Assembly (NCBI GenBank): GCA_043228905.1 | Contig: JBHGNT010000003.1 | Location: 8,680,001 to 8,744,000 of the forward strand | DNA length: 64,000 nt | From: Azolla caroliniana | Taxonomy: Eukaryota; Plantae; Polypodiophyta | Direction of reading: 5' to 3' | Shown here: positions 12,061 through 24,137 of the stretch, one piece after another | Layout of the letters: each line of letters starts with the position of its first letter | Position numbering within the stretch: the first letter of the stretch is position 1 | The notes under the pieces: generated by a model | Told to the model about the DNA's origin: nothing | Seen by the model: only the letters and a program-made list of their open reading frames with translations | Database searches by the model: none | Position numbers and translations under genes: made by a program

Positions 12061-12954
12061 ACTAGGAGACAAAGTGGAAGGAGTCGGCCTTTTATGCCAA
12101 CCGTCAAGGGCTTGAAAAAGGAAGATGAATTGGAGATAACCAATTCAAACAAGAGGGGGAACAAATTGGAGACTGCCGATTCGGATGAGCCGAATCACAT
12201 GAAGGCCGAGCAGACGAGAGGACAATTGAAGTCAACGTCGACATAGAGGAGCCGACGGGTCGAGAAGCGCCAATGTCAAAACATCAAGGGAGCTGAGTTG
12301 GGCCTAATCAATAGACAAGCCGATCAAGGAGGTCGAGATGTACGGGGCCATACAGGTCAAGGAACATTGGACCAGAAGAGTCGTGGAACGCAGGACCGGA
12401 CGAGTCGAGGAGCGCGAGCAAGGCATGAAGACGCCAGGAGGAGCCGGAGACAAGGACCGACGAATGTTGACACGACAAACCGGCCTCAAGTTGAGCTTGA
12501 GGGGGAGTGTTGAGTGAGCAAGCTCAACGTGGGTCGGATCTACTGAACAAGCCGAGAGCCGGATTGGGTGAAGACCAATTGGCTAGGCCCGGATCGGATT
12601 GGGAAGTTGGATCGATGAGGCGAATCTATGTGGAGCCGGTAGGCCATTAGAGGCCTACGATCTTATAATACTAGGAAGTTATATTCCTCAGAGTTAGTGT
12701 CAATAACTCAGTTATGAGCATTGAAGTACTTGTCAGTACTTCTGTTAGTCCTTTATGGACTTGTATAAAAAGTCCTCTCTGAGCACATTTGACTGTACAG
12801 ACTGTTATTTTTGAAATTGGGTTTTCGGTGTTCTGCTCTCTCTGTCTCTCCCGTGTACTGTGTTCTCTCTTTTCATTGATTCTCCGAGTTTCTGTTGCTA
12901 TCCGGTTGAGCCAGTTGTGTTTGTTGTTTTAGCTTCCGCATGCTAATCTTTTCA
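12061..12954 (+). mobile_element. Ty1/copia element D, 3' tail and 3' LTR (12508-12954)
   Basis: Tail homologous to the A/B extension (VKGLKKEDELEITNS ... PQVELEGEC*). PPT at 12499-12507; LTR ends GCTTCCGCATGCTAATCTTTTCA. Confidence 0.85.
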
Positions 12955-12959
12955 AGCCT

Positions 12960-13180
12960 TCGCGGAATTCTCTTCATGGATTTCCTCGTGACATTCTTAT
13001 CATGGACTTCTCCCTCATGGAATTCTTATCATGGAATCCCTTGTGGATTCCGTTCATGGAACCTTTTCATGTAATGAATGCGCTCTAGGAATTCCCCTAG
13101 GGAATTCTCTTTCTGGAGTGATGGGGCACTCATGGAATCATGGGGTTGGTCATGTAATAAAGGGGCTCCTATGGAATGAA
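12960..13180. repeat. Degenerate ~15-bp low-complexity repeat (GGAATTCTYWTCAT-like)
   Basis: Recurrent CATGGAAT/GGAATTC units visible in the sequence. Confidence 0.55.
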
Positions 13181-14546
13181 GGCCCACTTGAATGAATTGA
13201 GGCTCTTGTTAACCTTGTCCTTCTTGTTAATACACCTATTTTTTTCTCTTGTTCCCTCTTCTTTTCTTAATCTCAACTTCAATTAAATCTTGTTCTTGGC
13301 TATAACCGTGACAATGTGAATAGTAAGGTCAATCATCTTGTGTCCAATTGGGAAGAAGAGGTCACTCACCACCGACATGCCCCTCAATAGATTGCTACTC
13401 CAATCCACTCAGAATGTTCAATCTCTCATAGAAGATGAAGCCATCCTACCTATTATCAAGCTCACACCCCTAGTTTATGTGGCCCAAAGAACTTGTTTTC
13501 ACTATTATTTTCTCCATCTAGAACATAGATTTATCTATGGAATTTGTTGTCTCGTGAGCCTGGTCGTGAAATAGATGGAAGTCCACATCATAATATAATA
13601 GGAAAATAAATATACTACAATAGGTTGTAAGGCTATTTATAGAATGATTGAGAACTTTCGTCAAGTGGGCCAACGGATACAACATTAAAAGATGAATGAT
13701 ATGATAGTGACATGTCGTGCAATGTATTTAAGTTTCCTAAGTTCAATAGCCCATTGCTCAAGTTTTGTATACTAATGTTAACCATTGCTTCCTATTCTTT
13801 ATCTATCTATTTCTCAATGTGATATGTATATTTAATTCTGTAAATTGCTAGTGTTACTCCTATCATGCATTTTCTAGACCATAAGACATGTGGTGAGGTC
13901 ATAGACAAAGGTTGAGTGTAGACACATTTGAAGTAGAACATCTCTCATGTGTCATGTCAACAAACATGGAATAAGACAATAACTACTTTTATGTTACTTT
14001 GTGGATTGCTTTGTTTTGGATACCTTATTCGTTAGAATCTAGAGGCATAAAAAAATGTGAACACAAAATTTGAAATGAAAAAGAGAGTATTCAAATATGC
14101 AACAAGGTGTACAATATAAGCAATTATACATAATCGTACATCGAATAACCTCTACATTTATAGTTTGGGAATATCGGATGATATGTACACACACGCACCT
14201 ACACTCCTTATAAGTATGTACAATTAGAACATTATTATTACTTTGTTCTCATAACAAACAAATTACTTTGTTTTGTAACAAACAAAAAAACTAAGTATGC
14301 ATGAACCATGTATTTACTTTATATGCCAATGAGTACATAGGAAAATGATAATGGAATACATTTGTACAGGCAACTTATTGTTATTGCATTTCAAAACAAT
14401 TGAATTGGCGATTTGTTTAGATGATGAAGTATAAATGACCATTAAAAGATGTTTGCAATTTTGATAATCTTTAAAAGACCACGACTATGCTTAAATTTTT
14501 TATCATCTTTAAATCACAACAATTATGTTCATATACCAAACAGGTA

Positions 14547-15241
14547 TTTTTTTCCCCCAAAAAAACTCTTTCCCATAGTTATAAAAATTTACTAATGAGA
14601 ATATTATATACAAATCTCAGTAGGGACGCGATAGTTCCATATTATGTGAAGGCCCACTGACTCAAGAAAGGGAGAGGATGACCATTGTTGTATAAAGGCT
14701 AATCGTTGTCTTTCAACTCCATCGGACCCACATGTGAGGCCATCGTATTGGTTCTTTAGAGTGGTGACAACTTCACTCCATATCCCCTGCAATAGGATTG
14801 CTTCATGCACGGTTTGATTGGAGAAGACTTGTCTACACCATTGTTTCGAGAGAATCCAAAGAGTTATTGGGATGACCAATTCGAACACGACTTGAGCTTT
14901 GGCATAAATCAGAGTTCAATGGATATTGTTGATGGTGAAAAACAAGATCTCTTGTGCTTTTATCATCAACGTCATCACCTCCTCCTGATGTTCGTATTTG
15001 TTAATTGGGCCTTGACATGATAACCAACATACATCCCCCCACTTGCATGTGACATAAATGCAATAGGTGGCCAACCCCCCGTCATATTCGATGAGTCTTT
15101 GGGCAGTCCCATGGAGCGTGTTGGATTGATTTTGTTGCATTTGGGCACGCTATACAATTAGGAGAGTTAAGGATCCCATGTTGCCACACTCCAACCAGTA
15201 GTGACCTATGTATTAATAGCCATTGATTTGGAATGTGGTAA
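14547..15241 (-). mobile_element. 5'-truncated L1-like LINE (ORF2 C-terminus/zf-RVT region and tail), same family as 54398-55750
   Basis: Peptide ELVIPITLWILSKQWCRQVFSNQT..WNYRVPTEICI matches ELVSPITLWILWKQRCRRIFSNQT..WNYRVPTRICT at 54457..55311. Oligo-A tail at 14547-14553 (minus strand). Confidence 0.88.
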
Positions 15242-17640
15242 CCAAATTGGCTTACATACATACATGCATACATATACAAAAATCCATTATTGAAAACTCT
15301 AATCATCTATGGAGGGAGAAAGTGGAGATGCAATAGTACTACATGCTTGAGCTATGGTGAAAAATAGTACGTTCTTTTATTTTTCATTACCTTGTTCAAA
15401 TACCAACGAACATTTATTTTTCTACATTGAGGAAACTTGAATTTTCCCAAGTCACTAAATGGTTCATATAGCGTTGTCAAAAAACTTGATCCAAGCATCC
15501 CCATGGAAACGAGTGTTAAATGTTCTCGATCATGGAGATTCAATCAAATGTCTTTTTGAATCCCTCGAGGAACAAAAAAACCAACAAAATTGTGAAACAT
15601 GAGATCATCATCCTTTCATAGAGGAATCATTCTCTCGAATGGAGTTGCAACCTAGCAAGTAGTCAATTATGTAGCTTCATTTGGAGAAAGGAGAAAGAAC
15701 ACATGGATATTTATATTTAAAAAGTGACATGTTTAACATTCCTATTTACTTTCAAAACATGGTTGAATGGTGTTATCGATGATATTTTATTTGAAGAAGC
15801 CATGACAATAAAGAAACAAATAAGTAAACACAAGATTGCAAGTTGAAACAAAATGCGAACACATTGCCTTTATATAAGCTTTGAATTCTCGGACGTGTTT
15901 TAGTAAATACCCAACATGTTACTGGTACATTCAATTTCATTATATTCTAGGTTGGATCATGGACTCTAAATCTAGAATTCAATAACCTCACTTTACGATA
16001 ATGACAATTTACAAATTTAAGTGGATTCAAATTGGCAGAGTTTTTGTATGACAAAGTGGGGTGAGGAAGAGAGTATAGTGAGGGAGAGACCGTTTCCAAA
16101 CTCATATAGTAAATTTAAGTAGTTGGTTGAGATTTGAAGGGAAGTCTGCATGTTAAATAAAAGGCGTAGTTGAGCATCATGGAATAGCCCCCAATACATG
16201 CTAAATCAGAATATGAAAATAAACCCTTTATATCTAATTGACAAGACTTTAGCCATTTAGCAAATGATGACGTAAAGATACTTCTAGATGTATAAATATT
16301 TAGTATTACAACTTGTGCTTTGTAATAATAGGTTGTTATATCAAGGCATTCAAGTTCGTTATAAAGAAAAAGTAATTTTACATTGGCATCATGCATACTA
16401 ATAGTTTGCGACTTAATATATGGTTACATGAATCGTTTTTTAGGGCCCAATTTTCAAGAACAATAGTTTTGATTGAAAAACAATGTTGACATAAAGCAAT
16501 AAACTATAATGGGGATTACAAATTAATGAATAAGAATGCCATTTTACTTTATCCAATTCTAAAAATGCCACAAACTATGTATTTTTATGCACAATTGAAT
16601 GTCTTCTACTAAAACTCAAATGAATCAGCTCATAGAAGAGGAAAATGTAGTTACCATACTTCTAAACTTAATACCAGTCATGCATGCTTAAAATGCTTGC
16701 TTTAATATGACAAAATGCCTAGTTATTATTGACGATTAGTAATCAATGTCTACAACTTAAATCAACAACTAGTTGTCTCAAGATTTGCAATGCATAAGTG
16801 TAATGACTAGATGCTAAAGTTTTCATGATTATCGTTGCCTCATTATCGAAATCAATCATTTTTCGAAAACTTGGTGTTTGCTCTGTTAAAAATTTGGAAC
16901 ATTGTTGCAAATTGGGTAATACTATGGTAAACTAGAGGAGAGAGGCACTTTGATAGCTTACCCACAAAGACACGACGATAGATAGATAAATTTTATTACC
17001 GTTTTGGGGGTCAAATATGACATACAAGATCAACATGGAACATTTTGTACATAATGTGCATGGATATGGTAGAGATGAATAGACATACATATCGTTAATG
17101 CTGATGAGAAACCAATAAAATCTATGGGAGGAGGCCAAGGACTGAAAGTGTGTTCTTTCAACTCCTATTCTTGACCTTGACATGAACCAAATGACCTTCT
17201 TCTTCCACAACTACCAACCGACATACTACAGGTTTGGGACAGGTAGGCATTTGGGGGAGTACGAGACCAGTGGAATATCTAAAGGAATTTATCATGACTT
17301 GTTGTTGCTCATCGGACATATTTAAATACAGCCTTATTGCTGTGCGCAAGTGGCACATATATACCCTCGGGCGAATATCTCGCTGGTCAGTTTTGTTTCA
17401 TTTACAAAGGTACGAGCAGTAGCCTGTCGAAGTGCCAATGATATGATTTCTTGCCGTCGGTTACGAGTCGATCGAAGAACACGGAAATGGATAGATGATC
17501 CAGAGAGAGAGAGAGCCCAGTTCAAATATGAAATGTGTCTACCAGTTTGGGAGTTTTGAGTGTTAAAACTTAGAGGGGTATTTTGGGTAATTTTCAAAAA
17601 CCAGAAAACTATAGGCTATTTACTACTATTATGATTTCTT

Positions 17641-17702
17641 AGAGACAGAGAGAAACAGAGACAGAGACAGAGAGAAACAGAGACAGAGACAGAGACAGAG
17701 AG
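17641..17702. repeat. (AGAGAC)n/GA microsatellite upstream of ARID-HMG gene
   Basis: agagacagagagaaacagagacagagac... visible directly. Confidence 0.9.
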
Positions 17703-17785
17703 CGCAAACGCAGGATTAGGGTTATGGAGTATAGGAAACGAACCCAAAATAATACTCTGTGTCGTCGCGGCAAAGTAACAGTGCG

Positions 17786-17920
17786 AACCCTAACCCTAAC
17801 CCTGACACATTGAACCCTAACCCTAACCCTAACCCTAACGTTAACCCTAATCCTAATCCCATTCCTAACCCTAACTCCGACAGAGCTAACCCTAACGCTG
17901 ACAGAGCTAACTCTAACCCC
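17786..17920. repeat. (CCCTAA)n telomere-like hexamer array, degenerating rightwards
   Basis: Perfect AACCCT units at 17786-17803 and 17813-17838, then variant units (AATCCT, AACTCC). Confidence 0.92.
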
Positions 17921-18514
17921 ACCGTAATCCCAACAGACGTATTCCGCGACTTGTGTTTTTTCCTTCGTTCACTTGGGTCATCGCAAACCCTCGATTTTGC
18001 TGCTTGGGTCATCTCTTGCCGTCGGGTTCTCCGACTTGGGTTCTCGCGAAACCCTTGATTTTGCGATTTGGGTCATTGTCTTGTAAGTTTTTTTCCCCCT
18101 TCTTAGCTTATTTTGTCCCTGTTTCTGTTTATTCTGTGTAATACTTCAGGTTTAGCTGTGGATGCTTAAAGTTTTGAGTCAAAAGGAAGATAGTTCTTAC
18201 ATTGAGATTTGGCCAATTCTTATTTCTTTGCAAAAAACAAGCTTTTCTTTGTCTTTCGTTTGTTTGGCTATATGGCTCAGAAGGACGAAAGCTATGGTCA
18301 GATCTCATTCGAAATATACTTTTCTTAAATGATCAAAGAGAATGAAGTAGGAGTACATTCACACTCACCAGGGTTTGCTCCTTTTGATCAATAAAAAGGC
18401 GAACCTTCTCTCTCTTTAAACTTAGGAAGAAGATCAGAAGAGGGATCTTCTAACTGTAATTTATTCAATGCAAGAATACCTGAGGAGGCAGCTTCATTTG
18501 ATCCTCGAAAGAAG

Positions 18515-21500
18515 ATGAAAATGAACCTTCGCAATGGCCCCGAGACCTTGGAATCAAACCCACAACGTATGGATGAGGAGAAAGATGTCAACGATGATAT
18601 TAATGAAGGTTCACCTGAACTGCAAGATGGCATTCATTTGGAGTCACAAATGACATCTCCCTCAGAATCCGTTCCACATGGTCGGGATGGAATTGGATGC
18701 CCGCAATTCTATCCTCCTCCTTCGGCAACACATCATGACGTGATCAAAGATCCTGAGCTCTTCATAGCAACTTTGGACAACTTCCTAGCTGCTCTTGGAA
18801 CGAGGCTAACGTGAGTGGTGGTAATCCAACGTCTACATTTTGCATATGAAAAGGGATTTAACTTTGTATTTGCTTATTGGGTTGCTGGAGATAGGAAGCG
18901 TGTAGCTTATCCTAGTAACAAGGCTAATGTTTGTGGTGGTAACGAAACAAGTTTTGCATTTCATAGAACCCAGAAAAAGAGAAGGGTATTGTAGTCTTAG
19001 TCCTTTCTTTGCATTTATAACCTATGCATTGCTCATGGTTTCTCGTTTTTTGGATATATCTCTTTAAAAATCTAATCATGCCAGCTTCAATAAAGCTTCT
19101 GACATTGTATTGGTGATAGAAATTGGAAAAGGGGGGAAAAGGCTCTTTTAGCGTAGCTCCTTTTTGAGATTTAGCTATGCATTCTCTTTCGGATAAGAAG
19201 GATTTTTTTGTATATCTCTTTGAAAACCTGTTCATGACAATTGATATCTCCACATTGTCCATATACGTTTATGCATATGTTTGCACATTGATTCCCGCAA
19301 ATTGGATGGTAGAAAGATTAGGTTAGTGAATCTCTTTATGTGAACGAGAATGATATGTTTTTCCCATGGCTTCTTGATATATCATTGCTATGCATTCTCT
19401 CCAAACACTCTCAGAAGGTTATATTAGTTGAACCTGGTAGAGCCGTTTTTTGTAGACTATCTCATTTGATGTGAACTAAGATTTAGTGGTTTTTCTGCTT
19501 ATGTAACAATGAAGTGTTCAAGCTCTCACTGCAGGATACCAAAGGTAGGAGACAAAGAGATAGATTTGCATGTTTTCTATCGTGAGGTTACTGCTCGTGG
19601 TGGTCTTGAGCAGGTAAATCCCGCTTTTAAGATAGTCTAGTTTAGGATGTATTTTTTGGAACATACAGATTTATGCATCTAAAAAGTATGGAACACCATT
19701 AAACATTTTCTCAATTTATACATTAAGGATGTGATTTGTACCCGTTTCATGCACATATAGTGTACTGAAGTCTAAAATGAAATGTTAGAATAGTTGAATA
19801 TCTGTAAGTAATTGGATTTTGGGTCATAATTGCACAGGTAATTCGTTCAGCGTCTTGGAAAGAGCTCTGCAATGCCTTAAAGCTGGAACGTGCTTTAAAT
19901 AATCGATCTTATGCCCTCCGCAAGCATTATGTCAATCTTTTATTTCATTATGAGCAAGTTTACTTTTTCAGAGTGGAAGGACAACTTCTATCTCCTCCTG
20001 GTATGATAATAGTTTACCAGTTAGAAATTGTTTGATATATATGGATGGGGTACACATCTGGGTTCTTTCAGTTCTTGTTAATTTGGATTTTTGCTTTGTG
20101 GATACAGTTCCATTACCTGCACCGATCCCTGTGCTGAAATCTAAAGAGCCGAGCTCTCCTTATGAGGTACCGCTAGAGATGAGATCCTTATTGAAGAAGA
20201 AGAAACAGAAGCTAGATCCAGTACAGGTTTTTGGAGGTGAATGTTTCATACATGCAGTTCATTTTTTGGCAGTTAGCAAAGTTGGTCTTTGTTTGTCAAA
20301 TGCAAACTTCTTATTTAGCCTTTGGTCTTTGCTTCGTTTGTAGTTGATCCTGCGGCGTCAGTTGGTGCTGTTGCCACTGGAGCTATTTGTGGTAAATTTG
20401 ACGAAGGCTACTTTGTAACAGTAGTTGTAGGTACTGAAAAGCTAAGTGGTGTTTTGTACCACTTCTCTCCTCGAAAGAAAGCCCAACAATTTGCAAGTGT
20501 TCCAAGTTTACTTGATGGCATCGGAACTGAAGGGACGACAACGGGCTTGGAGATACAATTGTATGGAAAGAAGAAAGAACGTGTCCAAAAAAAGGATCCG
20601 AATGGTCCAAAACGCACACGGACGGGCTATAACATATATTTCAAAGAACAGCGTGCACGGTTAAAAGAGCTATACCCGGGCAGTAAGGGACTTGGCAAGA
20701 AGGTTATTGATATGTGGAACAAGCTTCCAGAGGAAGAGAAATCTGTGAGTCACTGCTGTGATGTTAAATTTATACATTCATTTCTCACATAGTGTGCTAC
20801 ATGGATTTACTAACATTATCTTGGGTCTTCTTTATGACAGTACTATAATGCTCTTGGTAATGTGGAACGGGAGAGATACTTGGCAGAATATCGGGAGAAG
20901 ATGAAGGTGCAGCAATCACAAGGCACTGATAGTATCAATAATGGTGCTGTGGGAAGTGCACCGGTTGCAGAGGTTGACCGTGATGCTTATTATGTTAGTC
21001 ATGATTATCATGTCTCATTGGATGTGGAAAGCGAGGTCCAAACTGGTCATTCTACTGTGCATAATTCTGTCCGGGAGCAAGTTTATCATGGGTACCGTGC
21101 AGATGAGTCCCTTGTCGAGTCTGAGATACCGGGAGCTCATTTAGTCTCTGAGCAAACATATGAAATACAAGATGATGAAGGAGATTTCCCCCAAGAGCAT
21201 GCCTCGGACGAAGAAGAGGATGACAATGAGGTAGAGGAAGCTTATGAAGAGGAAGAAGATGAGACGATCTATCGAAATGCTGATAAAATCTTGGAGCAGG
21301 AAGAAGACGAAGAACAAGAACAAGAACAAGAACAAGAACAAGAACAAGAACAAGAACATGAATATGGAGGTAAGTACCAGAGTTATGATGTTCCAGAACA
21401 GGCATATCTGGCAGATGACGCCGCCACAGCTGCAATTGCAAAGCATGCATACTATGGTTCAGACCATACATATCCATATGTTCCAGAAGGGTCTCAAGGT

Positions 21501-22106
21501 TCTACCCATGTCACATCATTGGAACATTCGCCATATAGGGGGAGAGATAATGGACAAGTCATATATAATACTCGTGTGATGCAACATGGGCGCCCAGACA
21601 TTTCAGTCGATAACGTGGTAGCACAACATCTTTTTTCTCATGATAGGTATGGGTACTCTCCTGCTCGGCCTGGGACTCTGGGTTTATCTCTTCCTCCAGA
21701 ACAAGCAGCTTTCTCTAGGCAGGAGGAACCCAATACTTACATGGGACCACCTTTGCAACATCACCAAAACCAAGGTGTTCCACCAAGCATTCAAACAAGG
21801 CATCAGCCACTGTCAGAGCTAGGATATCAAGATAGGTATCCCTATCATATTCAAATGCCACAGACTCAGATGTATGCCCGCCCATCCCCACCTCCACCTC
21901 CACCTCCACCTCCACATGCATATATGCCACGTTTTCCACATCCATCTTACAACATGCAATGGAGTGATGCCGAAGCTTTCCAGCATGCGCATGGTGGATA
22001 TGTACCCCAGCTACACCATCCACAGGCAGTTGTTCCAGATGTTGCAGCCGTTAGACCTGCTTCACATGCATATCAGGCACAGGATGGTGGACAAACTAAA
22101 CTGTGA
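18515..22106 (+). CDS. ARID-HMG-box protein (HMGB9/10/11/15-like), ~777 aa; exons 18515-18810, 19535-19613, 19838-20000, 20108-20236, 20344-20744, 20841-22106
   Basis: All introns GT-AG with matching phases (2334 nt total). ARID: YPPPSATHHDV..F...L....GTRLTIPKVGDKEIDLHVFYREVTARGGLEQVI..WKE..LRKHYVNLLFHYEQVYFFR. Family linker GAICGKFDEGYFVTVVVGTEKLSGVLYH. HMG box DPNGPKRTRTGYNIYFKEQRARLK..MWNKLPEEEKS. The start codon is the first ATG after an in-frame stop; an upstream coding exon is not excluded. Confidence 0.92.
21309..21358 (+). repeat. (GAACAA)n coding microsatellite (EQ repeat)
   Basis: About 7-8 GAACAA units encoding EQEQEQ in the last exon. Confidence 0.9.
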
Positions 22107-22109
22107 ACC

Positions 22110-22350
22110 ATAACTGCTTAACGGTGGACCATACAACCTGAACCCAAAGGTCTAAACAGTGAACACTATACACTAAACCCTAGCCTTGACAAACTAAACC
22201 CGAATTGTGTCAAACCAAAGCTAACCCTTTACAAAGTAAACCCCGAGCCCTAAATCTTGTCAAATGAAAACCTTGATCTTGACAAACCCAGAATCCTAAA
22301 TTGAAAAGCTTAAACCCTAAACTTTGGCAAACTAAACCCTAAACCTTAGG
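22110..22350. repeat. Degenerate TAAACCC/AAACCCTAA-rich repeat tract in the 3' UTR of the ARID-HMG gene
   Basis: Multiple CTAAACCC, ACAAACTAAACC and TAAACCCTAAAC units. Confidence 0.65.
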
Positions 22351-23244
22351 ACTGGTACTCAACTCCGGAGCATATTCATAGCTTAGTTAAATCATATGAG
22401 GCTTGAATTTTAACCTAATTTTGGATGGCTGCGCAAGTTTCAATTTTGAGGAATTGCAGCTTACATTGTTCTGATCCTCACTCTCTATAAGAAACGTTGA
22501 TATGGGCTCGTGTACTTTGGGTCTGTTGTAAATTGCTGATGTTTGTAAATAGGCTGATTGCCAGCAAACGATTAGACCTGTTTTCTATGGAAATCCCCTG
22601 CACTATTAATTATTACATGTTACTTATCTCTGTTTTGTCATCATGGTTATTTTGCATAAGATTTTGTATTGAGGTATGTTATTTTCTAAAGAACAAAAAA
22701 TAGGTGATGTGCAAGCGTTATCACAATGTGGGTGACATGCTGAGGCACAATTGTCTATCCTGGAAAACTAGAGGTGAAAAACAAATCCAAAGTTAGTTTC
22801 TGTCGGTTGGAATTATATTCGTAAATAAAGTGTGTGGTATATCAACTGTTTTGGGTTGTCAACTGTTTGAATAGATGTACATTCATATATCTTCATGCAT
22901 TTTCATCTTCATTAGTATTGTGGTTGCCTTCCATGATATCAAGTGGCATAAATGGTATGGCCCTAAAATAAAATATTTGTAGCCTCATCGAGGTTGATCA
23001 AACAGACATGCTGAATTTGCCAAAAGCTGTAGTTTTGCAATCCGGAAGCACCCAAACCCTTTAGATTATATTATTATACCTGTCAGGACTCCAAAGTTGA
23101 GATGTAATAGCAGTTGCTCTAGCTTAAATTCTCTAGATTTTCATAGCAAATCAGATGTGTTGATACACATGCTCCTTCCGAACATATATACTTTCCTCTT
23201 TGTGTTGATGACGGCACAATAAATGGCTAAACTCATTATATGGC

Positions 23245-24100
23245 CTTTTTTTTAATTAACACTTTTATTACTGGTGGGAAACCACTAAGTGAGGTGAAAA
23301 CCCACAAAGAATAAAGGGAAGTATACAAGTGTTTGATTAGACACTACAGCTTAGAAGCACTCAAAATAAAGAGTGTAAACTTGCAGTGCGATGTCTCCGA
23401 GTTGCATACAACCAAACAGAGATTGCCTGAGAGATTGCTTAAAGAAGCTAACTTCATGTAGTTGAATTTCGATCAAAGTTCTTACTATTGCCGGCCATCC
23501 AGATGGTCCAGAGTGCCCAAAATCTTGTCCATGGAGAAAACAGGCGTTGCTGGATAGGGCACACCGAATTTTTCCAAATAGCCAAAAGGGCTTCCCAAAC
23601 TTTTGGCCAGAAATATGCGAGAAAGAGATGCAGTTAGTCTTTGCACAAATGCTGAGTGAATGAGCAAGTCCATGATAAGTGTGGGACTGTTTCTGATCAT
23701 CCACCACATCGTGCACAATGCGGCGAGGCTATCGATCGCTTTTGAAGATTTGACCCAGTCAGGAGCACACCCAATAGGCATCTCCATAGGAATACCCATT
23801 GGTTAAGTGGAAGATCAAAGCTCCATAAGCCTGTAAGCCTGTTTTTCCACCAGGACTGTGTTGTGTAGGTACAGTGCATTTGCATGTTCTTGAAACCACG
23901 GGGCAGGTTGCAACAACCTATACGCAGAATGTGTTGTAATCTTATCCATTATATGCCCACACAAGGCTGCCTCATTGATTTCATCAACCCCAAGACACGC
24001 TTTCTGAAACCCAATCTCCACATTAGGAATAAGTCTTGTGACATTTTAAGGGGCATATTCTCAATCTCACAACATATATCTTTGGTTTGAGGAAGCTTAC
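23245..24100 (-). mobile_element. Short 5'-truncated LINE (zf-RVT region) between the convergent ARID-HMG and PPR genes
   Basis: Frameshifted peptides LWSFDLPLNQWVFLWRCLLGVLLTGSNLQKRSIASPHCARC resemble the L1 zf-RVT region. Oligo-T (minus-strand A tail) near 23245-23252. 5' boundary approximate. Confidence 0.7.
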
Positions 24101-24137
24101 ATTTCGCCATGAAAAATGATAAACATGTTTGCTAGCA

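Noticed and set aside
16912-17630. Possible MULE/MITE with weak inverted ends
   Set aside because: Inverted similarity is too short and mismatched; no TSD.
17759-18058. NP-repeat ORF as a coding exon
   Set aside because: Non-ATG start; the open frame is a by-product of the CCCTAA repeat, and no in-frame splice to the main CDS was established.
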